Shown in pieces: positions 1 through 10,134 of a stretch of DNA of 64,000 nt; the first letter of the stretch is position 1, and each line of letters starts with the position of its first letter. Source of the DNA: an uncultured Chloroflexia bacterium (GTDB lineage: Bacteria; Chloroflexota; Limnocylindria; Limnocylindrales; CSP1-4); assembly GCA_963748625.1 (NCBI GenBank), contig CAVVJT010000004.1:544001-608000 (forward strand). The letters are read 5' to 3'. A program made the position numbers and the translations under genes. The notes below the pieces were generated by a model. It was given only the letters and a program-made list of their open reading frames with translations. It had not been told where the DNA came from and made no database searches.

Positions 1-375
1 GGCGCCCGCGGCCTGGACTTCGGCTGGCGGCGCTGGGAGGGCCGGCACTGCTATGACCCGAGTCCTTCGTCGGACTGCTCCGATGCCGGCGTGACGATGC
101 CGGTCACCGAGTACCAGCACGGAGCCGGCTGCTCGGTCATCGGCGGCGTGGTCTACCGCGGCGACGCGATCCCGGCCCTGCGTGGCGCGTACCTCTTCTC
201 GGACTACTGCTCCGGAACCCTGTGGGCGATCGATGCCGGCCTCGATGCGGCGCAGGCCCCGGTGACGCTGCTCGAGACCGGCAGGCAGATCAGCGCCATC
301 GGCACGGACGACACGGGCGAGGTGGTGATGACCGATCTTGGCGGTTCAGTGCTGCGCCTGGTGCCCGCCGGCTGA
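1..375 (+). CDS. PQQ-dependent sugar (glucose/sorbosone) dehydrogenase family, C-terminal part (5' truncated by window)
   Basis: Frame open from base 1: GLDFGWRRWEG...YQHGAGCSVIGGVVYRG...YLFSDYCSG, typical GSDH beta-propeller C-terminus. Confidence 0.8.
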   Translation, partial: GARGLDFGWRRWEGRHCYDPSPSSDCSDAGVTMPVTEYQHGAGCSVIGGVVYRGDAIPALRGAYLFSDYCSGTLWAIDAGLDAAQAPVTLLETGRQISAIGTDDTGEVVMTDLGGSVLRLVPAG

Positions 376-399
376 TCTGGCCACCACAGGACCGACCGG

Positions 400-1302
400 T
401 CAGGCGGCCGGAGCGCCCGTGCCGGCCTCCACTCGGGCAGCCTGCGCGGCCTTGGGTGTGACCGGACGCAGGTACAGGAACAGCACGATCCCCACGTAGG
501 CGATCCAGGTGACGAAGGTGATGAGCTCGGGCTGCGAGGTGTAGCCGAACAGCGCCCTCAGGAACTGTCCGCCCAGCAGGGCGATCCCGTCCGGAGCGCC
601 CGCGATCTCCTTGTGCGGGAGGACGGCGGAGATGTCGAAGATCGCCTGGGTGCCGATCGTGATCACGCCGATCTCCACGAGCTCATGGACGGCGCGCGAC
701 AGCAGCCCCGCCGCGATGAAGATGAGGGCGACCCCGGTCCACCGGAAGAAGGTCCGCAGGTTGATGACGCGTGCGCCTCGGTAGAAGCCGACACCGATGA
801 GCACCGAGAGGCCCAAACCTACGAGAGCGCCGAGCAGCACGCTCAGGGCCGCGCCTTCGGCGGACGCCGCCTGGCCCACGAGGAACACGGCTGTCTCCAG
901 GCCTTCCCGGATGACCGCGGTGAAGGCCAGGACCGCCAGGCCGATCGCGCTGCCCTCGGTGAGCGCCCGGTCAACCGAGACCTGGAGCCCGCTCTTGACC
1001 GACATCGCCTGCCGGCGCATCCAGAACAGCATCCACGTCACGACGCCCGCTGCCACCAGCATCGTGATCGCCTCGAAGATCTGCTCGTACGGCTCCTCGA
1101 AACCGCCGATGGTCACGAACAGGCCGGTGCCGACGGCCAGGCTCACCACGACGGCCGCGATGGTTCCCGCGTAGATCTTGGAGAAGTGGCGGCGGTTCCC
1201 GGTCTTGGCGAGGTAGGCCAGGATGATGCTGACGATCAGCGCCGCCTCGACGCCTTCTCGCAGGCCGGTCAGCAGACCGCTTGTGAACGAGCCGAAATCC
1301 AC
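400..1302 (-). CDS. FTR1/EfeU family iron permease
   Basis: Two REGxE motifs (LREGVE, IREGLE), several TM helices; GTG start at 1302 with GGAG upstream. Confidence 0.9.
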   Translation of the reverse strand: MDFGSFTSGLLTGLREGVEAALIVSIILAYLAKTGNRRHFSKIYAGTIAAVVVSLAVGTGLFVTIGGFEEPYEQIFEAITMLVAAGVVTWMLFWMRRQAMSVKSGLQVSVDRALTEGSAIGLAVLAFTAVIREGLETAVFLVGQAASAEGAALSVLLGALVGLGLSVLIGVGFYRGARVINLRTFFRWTGVALIFIAAGLLSRAVHELVEIGVITIGTQAIFDISAVLPHKEIAGAPDGIALLGGQFLRALFGYTSQPELITFVTWIAYVGIVLFLYLRPVTPKAAQAARVEAGTGAPAA

Positions 1303-1372
1303 CGTTGAGCTCCAGGACGCGGGGCTTGGCAGGTCCGGGCAGTGGCCTGCTGGACGGGAGCGCGATGGCGGG

Positions 1373-1401
1373 ATGGTAGTGCGCCGCGCAACGACCGTCA
1401 A
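1373..1401 (-). promoter_or_regulatory. sigma70-type promoter of the FTR1 gene
   Basis: TTGACG-N17-TACCAT on the minus strand. Confidence 0.65.
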
Positions 1402-1988
1402 GCAGCCTTGATGTTCACTACAAGGCCGCCCTGATATCCCTTGCCAAGGCACCGCGGGACCGCTCGCCCGGGATGGCGCGTCCGCCCCCCGGATGCACCC
1501 TCACCGTGCCAACGCCACAGATCGGGAAGCGCGATGTGGCACGCCGGACAGACCGAAACGACAGGGCACCCGCTGGTTGGCCCGCTGGCCGAGCATTGGG
1601 CCCGCGCGTTTGGTGACCCCCATCGACCGGCTGGGTCCGCCGTCACGACCGATTGCATCCGCGGCAATAGATTCCGCCAGTGATGTCGCGACGATGCCCG
1701 ACAGACACGAGAGCGACCGACCCGGTACTCTCCGCGCCCGTGATCCTGTCGTCCCCGTGCGCGATGGGCAACACGACGACAAGCGGGGCCAAAGGTGTTG
1801 CCTGGCGTGCACGCGTCGCAATTGGCCCGCTGCCCGCGCGCTGCGCCGGCTGTTATGCAACTGCAACGTCACCGGTCGTGCAGCAGGCGCGGCGTTCGCA
1901 CGTGCTGGTCTAGGCTGGATCACGACGCAGCAGCCAGGTGCCAATCCCGCGCGCGATCGAGCCTGTGACGGAGCCGGTCGCGCGAGAC

Positions 1989-2029
1989 AGCGCCGCACGA
2001 TCCGGTCCCCTCCCGGGTCGTGCGGCGCT
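1989..2029 (-). terminator. Stem-loop downstream of aceE, putative terminator
   Basis: 12-bp perfect stem AGCGCCGCACGA/TCGTGCGGCGCT about 27 nt after the aceE stop; no clear U-tract. Confidence 0.5.
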
Positions 2030-2055
2030 CGTTGTCGTGCCGGGACCGCAGGCTC

Positions 2056-4738
2056 CTAGGTCTGCAGCGGGTCGCCCCCCTCGGGGTCGATCCCGAGCTC
2101 GAGGATCGCGGCAGCGGCCGCTGCGGGGTCGTAGGCGCCCGCACGGGCGAGGCCCGAGAGCGCGGCCGCCACGATGCTCGGCGTGTCGATCTCGAAGTGC
2201 GCCCGGAGCGCCTCGCGCGTGTCGCTGCGCCCGTACCCATCGGTGCCCAGCACCAGGTACGGGGCCTCGATCCACGGCGCCACGAGGTCGGGCAGCGTCT
2301 TCATCCAGTCGGTCGAGACGATCACCGGACCGCCCGTCGGGACCCAGCACCTGCGCCACGTACGGGACGCGGGCCGGCTTGTCGGGGTTGAGCCGGTTCC
2401 AGCGCTCCACCCCGAGCGCGTCAGCCCGGAGCATCCCGAACGAGGTTGCCGAGTAGACCTCAGCGGCGATCGTGTACTGCTCGGCAAGCCGGTCCCGGGC
2501 CGCAAGGACCTGCTGCATGATCGAGCCCGAGCCCACGAGCCGGACCCTGCCCTTCGCATCGGGCAGCTCGGGCGCCTCGAGGAACCGGTACAGGCCGCGG
2601 ACGATGCCCTCGTCCACGCCTTCGGGCTTGGCGGGCTGCGTGTGGTTCTCGTTGTAGACGGTGACGTAGTAGAAGACGTCCTCGCCCTGGCCGTACATGC
2701 GGTTGATGCCGTCGCGCACGATGGCCGCCAGCTCGTACGCGAACGCCGGGTCGTACCCGCGGACGGCCGGCACCGTGGACGCGAGCACATGCGTGTGCCC
2801 GTCGTTGTGCTGCAGGCCCTCGCCCGCCAGCGTTGTCCGCCCGGCCGTGGCGCCGATCATGAACCCGCGCCCTCGCTGGTCGCCGAACGCCCATGCCTGG
2901 TCGCCGGTCCGCTGGAACCCGAACATCGAGTAGAACATGTAGAACGGGATCATCGGCAGGCCGTGGGTGGCGTACGCAGTGCCCGCGGCCTGGAGGCTGG
3001 CCATCGATCCAGCCTCGTTGATGCCCTCCTCCAGCACCTGGCCATCGGTGGCCTCGCGGTACGAGAGCAGCAGCTCCGAGTCCACCGGGGTGTACCGCTG
3101 GCCGTGCGCGGCGTAGATGCCCACCTCCTTGAAGAGGGGGTCCAGGCCGAACGTGCGGGCCTCGTCAGGGACGATCGGCACGATGCGCTTGCCCAGGACG
3201 GGATCACGCAGCAGGTTGCGCAGGATCCGGCCGAAGACCATGGTCGTCGAGACCTCGGTCTTGCTGCCGCCCGCGAACTCGGCATCCACTTCGGGGACCG
3301 GTGCCGGCAGGGGTGCCGCGCGCACGACGCGCCGGGGCACGGAGCCGCCCAGCGACGCCCGTCGCTCGATCATGTACTCGACCTCCGGCGACCCGGAACC
3401 CGGGTGGAAGTACGGGTACTCGCTGAGCTGGTCGTCGGGGATCGGCAGCTCCAGGCGATCTCGGAAGACCCGCAGCTCGTCCTCGCGCATCTTCTTGGCC
3501 TGGTGGGTGTAGTTGCGGCTCTCGATGCCCTTGCCCAGGGTCCAGCCCTTCACCGTCTTGGCGATGATGACCGTCGGCGCGCCCTTGAACTCCGTCGCGG
3601 CCTTGTAGGCGGCATGCACCTTGCGGTAGTCGTGGCCACCGCGCCGGAGGTGCTCGATGTCGCGGTCGGAAAGGTGGGCGACCATGCGCTGCAGGCGCGG
3701 GTCCGGGCCGAAGAAGTTCTCGCGAACGTAGAGCCCGGTGGAGGTCGAGAACTTCTGGAACTCGCCGTCCACGGTGGTGTTCATCTTCTCGACAAGCACG
3801 CCGTCCGAGTCACGGGCGAGCAGGTCGTCCCACTCGCGGCCCCAGATCACCTTGATGACGTTCCAGCCTGCGCCGCGGTAGACGCCCTCGAGCTCCTGGA
3901 TGATCTTGCCGTTGCCACGCACCGGACCGTCGAGGCGCTGCAGGTTGGCGTTGATGACGAAGGTCAGGTTGTCCAGCCCCTCGCGCGCCGCCAGGGCGAT
4001 GCCGCTGATCGACTCGGGCTCGTCCGTCTCGCCGTCGCCCAGGTAGGCCCAGACACGCTGCTGGCTGGTGTCCTTGAGGCCGCGGTTGTGCAGGTAGCGG
4101 TTGAAGCGGGCCTGGTACACGGCGGCCAGGGGCCCAAGGCCCATGGAGACCGTCGGGAACTCCCAGAAGTCCGGCATGAGCCGGGGATGCGGGTAGGACG
4201 AGAGGCCCCCCGGCCCGCCGGTCTCGCGGCGGTACCGGTCGAGGTCCGCCTCGCTGAGCCTGCCCTCCAGGAACGCGCGTGCGTAGATGCCCGGAGCCGC
4301 GTGACCCTGGAAGAAGATGGAGTCGCCCCCGCCCGGATGGTCCTTGCCCCGGAAGAAGTGGTTGAAGCCCACCTCGTACAGGGTCGCCGCCGATGCGTAC
4401 GTGGACATGTGCCCGCCGATGCCCGGGAACCGCGTGTTCGCCCGGAGCACCATCGCCACCGCGTTCCAGCGGATCAGGCGCCGGATCCGAAGCTCCAGGC
4501 CCTCGTCGCCCGGGAAGTACGGCTCCTGCTCGGGGCTGATCGTGTTGATGTAGCGCGTCTGCGTCAGCGCCGGCACGCCGATCTGGAGCTGGCGGGCGCG
4601 CTTGAGCAGCTTGTACATCAGGAAGCGGGCGCGGTTCTCACCCTCCTGGTCGAGGACCTGGTCGAGGGACTCGACCCACTCGCGGGTCTCGGCCTCATCG
4701 ATGTCGGGGAGCTGCTGCTTGAAGTCGTCGATGTACAT
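2056..4738 (-). CDS. aceE: Pyruvate dehydrogenase E1 component, homodimeric type; +1 frameshift near 2333-2335
   Basis: MYIDDFKQQLPDID start, SSYPHP, GDGETDEPES TPP motif, EEGINEAG; C-terminus (LGTDGYGRSDTREALR) lies in another frame ending at 2056. Confidence 0.93.
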
Positions 4739-4856
4739 CGGGGCTCCGGAGGTGGACGCGGGCGGGTGCTGCGCGGGGACGCTGGGCACCACAAGCGTAG
4801 CCCCGTTCGGGTGCGAATGCCTGCGGCGAAGCCGGGGACAGCACGTGTCCGCGACC

Positions 4857-4884
4857 TGCAACGGTGGTGTAATGGGCCTGCAAC
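4857..4884. promoter_or_regulatory. Three 11-bp-phased direct repeats, candidate OmpR-family binding site
   Basis: TGCAAC (4857), TGTAAT (4868), TGCAAC (4879) between the divergent aceE and response regulator genes. Confidence 0.4.
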
Positions 4885-4921
4885 CCTCGCTTCACCACCG
4901 CGCCGCGCAAGGAGGTGTCCG

Positions 4922-5686
4922 GTGAGCACCCAGCCGCTGGTCCTCGTCGCCGACGACGAGCCCCGGATCACGAAAGTCGTCTCCCTCGTGCTGTCCGCGG
5001 AGGGATTCCGCGTCGTGACCGCGACCAGCGGTGAGGAGGCGCTCGTGCGGGCGGAGGAGGTTCGCCCCGACATCGTCCTGCTCGACATCGTGATGCCCGA
5101 CCTCGATGGGATCGAGGTGATGCGCCGGCTCCGGGAGCGGCGGCCGGTCCCGGTGATCCTGCTCACGGCCAAGGGCTCCACGGCCGACAAGGCGAAGGGC
5201 CTGGACCTCGGCGCCGATGACTACATCGCCAAGCCCTTCCACCCCGACGAGCTCGCGGCGCGGGTCCGCGCGGTGATCCGGCGGTCCTCCGGCATGCAGC
5301 CCGGCGGCGGGGTGCTGCGCTTCGACGACGTCGAGATCGACCTGGAACGGCGCATGGTGACCCGCGGCGGGGAGCTGGTCCAGCTGTCGCGCACGGAGTG
5401 GCTGCTGCTGCAGCACCTCGCGGTCAACGCGGGCAAGGTGGTCCTCCACACCGAGCTGCTCACCAAGGTCTGGGGTCCTGAGTACCGCGACGACCTCCAG
5501 TACCTGCGGGTCTGGATCTCGCGCGTGCGCCGCAAGCTGGGCGCCAAGCCTGGCGAGCCCGGCCGGATCCGCACCTTCCAGGGCATCGGCTACCTGCTCG
5601 ACGTCGAAGGTGAGGCGCCGTCGCCCGGGGGCACCCAGGACGGCGAGCCCGACGCCGAGCCCGGCGAGGACGGGGGTGCTTCTTGA
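4922..5686 (+). CDS. OmpR/KdpE-family response regulator
   Basis: VLVADDE, LLDIVMPDLDG, GADDYIAKPF, winged helix (YLRVWISRVRRKL, GIGY); RBS AAGGAGG. Confidence 0.92.
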   Translation: MSTQPLVLVADDEPRITKVVSLVLSAEGFRVVTATSGEEALVRAEEVRPDIVLLDIVMPDLDGIEVMRRLRERRPVPVILLTAKGSTADKAKGLDLGADDYIAKPFHPDELAARVRAVIRRSSGMQPGGGVLRFDDVEIDLERRMVTRGGELVQLSRTEWLLLQHLAVNAGKVVLHTELLTKVWGPEYRDDLQYLRVWISRVRRKLGAKPGEPGRIRTFQGIGYLLDVEGEAPSPGGTQDGEPDAEPGEDGGAS

Positions 5687-5757
5687 TGCCCGATCACCCT
5701 CCCGTCGGGGGCCGTCGGGCGGTCGCAATATCCTGCGCGGGGCGGTAGGTTAGGCCC

Positions 5758-6363
5758 ATGCTCGAGTACCAGCCAGGCACCGCGCTCATCGTGGTCGACG
5801 TCCAGAACGACTTCGCCGACCCGAAGGGGAGCCTTGCCGTCGGCGGTGCGGGTCCCATCATCGGGGTGATCAACCGCGAGGTGGCGCGGGCGCTGGCCGG
5901 ACGCGCCTTCGTCGTCTGCAGCCAGGACTGGCACCCGCACCACACGCCGCACTTCAAGCGCGACGGCGGGATCTGGCCCAACCACTGCGTGGTGGACACG
6001 TGGGGCGCCGAGCTTCATCCGGACCTCGATGTGCCCGTGGGCACGGCGATCGTGCGCAAGGGCAGCAACGGCGAGGATGGCTACTCGGCGTTCACCATGC
6101 TCGACAAGCAGACCGGCAGGACGGTGCCCACCATGCTGGAGCCCCTGCTCCAGACAGCGGGGGTGCGGACGGTCGTGATCGTGGGCCTGGCCACCGACTA
6201 CTGCGTCCGACACACCGCGCTCGATGCCATCCGGCTCGGCTTTGCGACCATCGTGCTCACGGACGGCATCGCCGCCGTGGACCTGGCGCCGGGCGACGGC
6301 GCGAAAGCACTCGCCGAGCTCCATGCCGCGGGTGCCACCCTCCTCACCTCCCAAGGCTCCTGA
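5758..6363 (+). CDS. pncA: Nicotinamidase/pyrazinamidase (isochorismatase family)
   Basis: VDVQNDF, QDWHP, WPNHCV, GLATDYCV motifs. Confidence 0.85.
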   Translation: MLEYQPGTALIVVDVQNDFADPKGSLAVGGAGPIIGVINREVARALAGRAFVVCSQDWHPHHTPHFKRDGGIWPNHCVVDTWGAELHPDLDVPVGTAIVRKGSNGEDGYSAFTMLDKQTGRTVPTMLEPLLQTAGVRTVVIVGLATDYCVRHTALDAIRLGFATIVLTDGIAAVDLAPGDGAKALAELHAAGATLLTSQGS

Positions 6364-6373
6364 GGCTCCAACG

Positions 6374-6922
6374 ATGACCCGTCTGTTCACCCGCCTTGCC
6401 CTGTTCGCCGCGCTCGTCGCCGTCAAGGCGGTTGTCTGGGACCGGCTCATCGGGCTGTGGCGTGCCGGTGAGGGGCCCGCGCCGCTGCGCATGCTGGAGG
6501 TGATCGACGCGCCGGTGGACCGTGTCTGGGCGGTGGCCACGGACATCCCGCTCCAGGTGGAGTGGATGCGCGAGATGAAGAGCGTCACCATCACCACGCC
6601 GGGTCCCGTGCGCGTGGGCACGACGGGTGAGGCGACGGTACGCATCATGGGGATCTCCGTCACCGACCCGGTCGAGGTGACGGTGGTGGATCCGCCGCAC
6701 ACCTATGCGATCCGCCACCACGGCCTGTTCCAGGGCGGTGGGGTGATCACGCTCGAAGCCGGTGCCGACGGGACCACGACGGTGGTCCGCTGGGCGGAAA
6801 CCCTCATCCCGCCGTGCCTGCCGCACTTGCTCGGCATCCTGCAGGCTCCGATCCTGCAGCGGATCTTCCAGGACGACCTGCGCAGCCTCAAGCGCCTGGT
6901 CGAGACCGGCTCCGCCGACTGA
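6374..6922 (+). CDS. SRPBCC/START-domain protein with N-terminal hydrophobic segment
   Basis: IDAPVDRVWAVATDI...WM start pattern, ends FQDDLRSLKRLVE. Confidence 0.75.
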   Translation: MTRLFTRLALFAALVAVKAVVWDRLIGLWRAGEGPAPLRMLEVIDAPVDRVWAVATDIPLQVEWMREMKSVTITTPGPVRVGTTGEATVRIMGISVTDPVEVTVVDPPHTYAIRHHGLFQGGGVITLEAGADGTTTVVRWAETLIPPCLPHLLGILQAPILQRIFQDDLRSLKRLVETGSAD

Positions 6923-7005
6923 CAACCCGGCCTTGCCGCCCGGCCGGGCCCGGCCCACCGATTCCTGGCCGAACCCGGCCCGGCCCACCCGCACGCGAGC
7001 GTCTC

Positions 7006-7899
7006 ATGCAGCTGCACCTCGTCGACGCCACCTACGAGCTCTTTCGGGCCCATTTCTCGCCGCGCCCGCCGGTCCGCGGCCGGGACGGGATGCTCCTCTC
7101 GGGCGTCAGCGGCCTGGTGGAACAGTTGCTCGTGCTGCTGCGCGAGCAGGGTGCCACCCACATCGGGTGCGCGCACGACCGCGTGATCGAGTCCTTCCGC
7201 AACGACCTGTACCCGGGCTACAAGACGGGCGAGGGCGTTGACCCGGAGCTGCTGCTCCAGTTCCCCATCGCCGAGGCGGCCATCGAGGCGTTGGGGCTGG
7301 TGCTCTGGCCGATGGTCGAGTTCGAGGCGGACGATGCGATCGCCGCCGCGGCCGATCGGTTCGCCGCCGACCCGCGAGTCGAGCGGATCCTGATCTGCAC
7401 GCCTGACAAGGACATGGCCCAGTGCGTGCGCGGCGAGCGCGTCGTGTTGTGGGACCGCCGGCGCGACGCCATCTACGACGATGCGGGCGTGCGCGCGAAG
7501 TGGGGCGTGCCCCCGGCGAGTGTGGCGGACCGGCTCGCCCTGGTGGGCGACGCGGCCGACGGGTTCCCGGGTCTCCCGGGCTGGGGCGACAAGTCCGCGT
7601 CAGCGGTGCTGGCGCGGTACGGGACGCTCGAGGCGATCCCGGCCGATTCGGGCGCTTGGGACGTGCCCGTCCGCGGGGCGCCGGCGCTTGCGGCAACGCT
7701 CCGCGACCGGATGGCCGACGCGCTGCTCTTCCGGGACCTCGCCCGGCTCCGCACGGCGGCGGATGGCGTGCCGATCCCGCAGGTGGACGTGGACGAACTG
7801 CGCTGGCCGGGCGCGGACCGGGAGCGCTGGACCGCGTTCTGCGACCGGTGGGGCCTGCCCCGGCTGCGCGACCGGCCGCACCGCTGGCGTGACGGCTGA
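7006..7899 (+). CDS. Stand-alone 5'-3' exonuclease / flap endonuclease
   Basis: HLVDATYELFR, FRNDLYPGYK, FEADD, TPDKD, GDAADGFPGLPGWG (H3TH). Confidence 0.88.
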   Translation: MQLHLVDATYELFRAHFSPRPPVRGRDGMLLSGVSGLVEQLLVLLREQGATHIGCAHDRVIESFRNDLYPGYKTGEGVDPELLLQFPIAEAAIEALGLVLWPMVEFEADDAIAAAADRFAADPRVERILICTPDKDMAQCVRGERVVLWDRRRDAIYDDAGVRAKWGVPPASVADRLALVGDAADGFPGLPGWGDKSASAVLARYGTLEAIPADSGAWDVPVRGAPALAATLRDRMADALLFRDLARLRTAADGVPIPQVDVDELRWPGADRERWTAFCDRWGLPRLRDRPHRWRDG

Positions 7900-7943
7900 T
7901 CGCGGCCGCCTCCGGCGCCCGTCGTCGTCCGGCGCCCCGGGCG

Positions 7944-8747
7944 TCAGGAGCGCGCGGCCTCGCGTGATGCGCGGACCAGCTCCGCGTGATGGGCGGCCGG
8001 CGCCGCCACGATCCCGAACGTCTGCGTGGACTGGTCCACGTCGAACCACGGGCCGCCGTTCGCGTCGGTCACGAGCGCACCTGCTCGCTCGGCGATGAGA
8101 CCCGCCGCCGCGATGTCCCAGGCGGACATCCCCGCCGACTGCAGGAACGCGTCGAACCGTCCCTTGCCCACGTAGGAGAGGGCCAGCGCCGCCGACCCGG
8201 TGTTCCGCGACGCCCGAACGAGCTTGCGGACCGCCCTGGCCCGCGTCGCCACGGCCCGCCCGCCGAGCGCCATCGACACCACGTAGTCCAACGCGCGCTC
8301 CTTGCGCGACGCATGGATCTCGCGCTCGCCGAGGTACGCGGGACCGTCGGCGGTGGCCCAGAACGTCTCGTTCCGCATCGGATCGTGCACCGCGCCGACG
8401 GCCGGACGGCCATCGACCACCAGCGCGACCGACACGCAGAAGTACGGAATCCCGTTCGCGTAGTTGATCGTGCCGTCGAGCGGGTCCACGATCCAGGTGC
8501 GGCCGTGCGCGAGGGAGCGATCCACTCCACCGGCATGGGCTCCGGACTCCTCGGCGAGGATCCCGTCGCCCGGGAACGTCTCGCGGATCGCGCCCATGAT
8601 CAGCGCCTCGGACAGGTGGTCCACCTCGGTGACCACGTCCCGGGCGGACTTGTGGTCGATCACCTCCACCCGCTCGTACCGTTCGAGCAGGATCTGCCCG
8701 GCCGCCTCGGCGATCTCGCGGGCGAAGGCGGCGTCGCGGGTCCACAT
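7944..8747 (-). CDS. suhB: Inositol monophosphatase family protein
   Basis: ILAEE, WIVDPLDGTINY, WDIAAAGLI motifs. Confidence 0.82.
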   Translation of the reverse strand: MWTRDAAFAREIAEAAGQILLERYERVEVIDHKSARDVVTEVDHLSEALIMGAIRETFPGDGILAEESGAHAGGVDRSLAHGRTWIVDPLDGTINYANGIPYFCVSVALVVDGRPAVGAVHDPMRNETFWATADGPAYLGEREIHASRKERALDYVVSMALGGRAVATRARAVRKLVRASRNTGSAALALSYVGKGRFDAFLQSAGMSAWDIAAAGLIAERAGALVTDANGGPWFDVDQSTQTFGIVAAPAAHHAELVRASREAARS

Positions 8748-8752
8748 CGGCG

Positions 8753-9604
8753 CTAGAGACCCGTCTCGAACAGGCGGATGTCGGCGGGTCCGGCGGCGTG
8801 GCCGTCGCCCCGGGTGTGCTTGAGCGCGTCGCGGGCGCCCAGGGCGTCAAGGTCGGCCGGGAAGCGCCCGATCATGTCCAGCACCACCTTGCGGATGCGG
8901 TCCGCGTTCTGCTGGAACACCTCGAGCACATCGTGCGCGGTGACGGCGCTCGTCCCCTCGAGGACACCCGCGTCGTAGTCCGTGATCAGCGAGATGTTCA
9001 CGACCGCCATGCCCAGCTCCCGGCACAGGTAGGCCTCCGGGTACTGGGTCATGTTGATGACCTCCCAGCCGGCGTCGCTGAACCACTTGCTCTCGGACTT
9101 GGTGGAGAAGCGCGGACCCTGGATCACCACCACCGTGCCGCCGTCGTGGACGGTGATGCCGTGCTCGCGGATGACGTCGAGCGCGATCCCGCGGAGGGTG
9201 GGGTCGTAGATCTCGGCCGACGAGACGTGGGACACGATCGGGCCGTCGAAGAAGGTGTCGGCGCGGCCGCTGGTCCTATCGACGAACTGGTCGGCCACCA
9301 CGAAGTGCCCGGGCTCCACGGCCAGCTGCAGCGACCCAGCTGCGCACGGGCTGATGACGGCCTTGACGCCCAGCGAGCGCATCGCCCACACGTTGGCCCG
9401 GTAGTTGACCTTGTGCGGCGGGATCGAGTGGCTGCGGCCGTGGCGGGGCAGGAACGCGACCCTGCGCCCGGCCACCGTGGCCAGGAAGAAGGCGTCCGAC
9501 GGCGGGCCGTAGGGTGTGTCGATCTTCGCCTCGCGCACATCCTGGAGCAGCGAGTAGAACCCCGATCCCCCGAAGACCCCGATCTCCGCCGTGTCTGCCG
9601 CCAT
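8753..9604 (-). CDS. mtnP: S-methyl-5'-thioadenosine phosphorylase
   Basis: GVFGGSG, TPYGPPS, FLPRHG, PPHKVNYRAN, GPRFST, INMTQYPE, ITDYD. Confidence 0.88.
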   Translation of the reverse strand: MAADTAEIGVFGGSGFYSLLQDVREAKIDTPYGPPSDAFFLATVAGRRVAFLPRHGRSHSIPPHKVNYRANVWAMRSLGVKAVISPCAAGSLQLAVEPGHFVVADQFVDRTSGRADTFFDGPIVSHVSSAEIYDPTLRGIALDVIREHGITVHDGGTVVVIQGPRFSTKSESKWFSDAGWEVINMTQYPEAYLCRELGMAVVNISLITDYDAGVLEGTSAVTAHDVLEVFQQNADRIRKVVLDMIGRFPADLDALGARDALKHTRGDGHAAGPADIRLFETGL

Positions 9605-9702
9605 GCCTGACCTCCTGCGTGTCCGTCCCCGCATTCTCGCATCCGCGATACTGCACGCGCGATCCCGGATCAACCGACCCTCGCCCCCAGGGAGCCCGAC
9701 CC

Positions 9703-10086
9703 ATGACCGACACCTCCGGCTGGAGTCCCGCCGGCATCGTCTCGCTCATCGCCATCGTCGCCGGCATCGTGCTGCTCGTCGTGTACGCCGTGCGGCGCGG
9801 CATGTTCGGCCGCGAGCTCGACGGCACCGACGAGGAGGCTGCCGCCCAGGCCGCCGACGATCCGACGGCTCCCCGGGCGCCCGCACCTGCACGCCGTGTC
9901 AAGGCAGGCCGACCGCTGGGCATCCTCGGCGCCGTGCTCCTTGTCATCGGCCTCGCGCTCGGGATCATGGTCGCGACCGGCACCTGGGGCTCCGGTGGCG
10001 GGACCACGCCGCCGGCCGGGACGTCGGGCCAGGACGACTGCGCAGCCGGCTGGGAAGGCTGCCCGAAGGCCACCCCGCAGCAGTGA
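9703..10086 (+). CDS. Hypothetical two-TM membrane protein
   Basis: GGAG RBS, GC3-biased codons, two hydrophobic helices, C-terminal DDCAAGWEGCP. Confidence 0.7.
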   Translation: MTDTSGWSPAGIVSLIAIVAGIVLLVVYAVRRGMFGRELDGTDEEAAAQAADDPTAPRAPAPARRVKAGRPLGILGAVLLVIGLALGIMVATGTWGSGGGTTPPAGTSGQDDCAAGWEGCPKATPQQ

Positions 10087-10134
10087 CCGTCCGGGGCGCC
10101 ACCCCGCGGCCGTGAGGCCCGATACCATCGGCCC

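Noticed and set aside
1493-2059. ORFs of 77-188 aa in the aceE-FTR1 gap
   Set aside because: Atypical Arg/Cys-rich composition, no third-position GC bias and no recognisable motif
1910-2330. Arg-rich novel C-terminus of AceE
   Set aside because: Product of the frameshift; the conserved C-terminus is in the frame ending at 2056
2174-5686. 1170-aa plus-strand ORF
   Set aside because: Antisense shadow of aceE running in frame into the real response regulator, which starts at 4922 with a strong RBS
7006-7899. NHEJ-type repair module of the 5'-3' exonuclease with the ligase-like gene
   Set aside because: The genes are 45 kb apart with no Ku gene or shared motif
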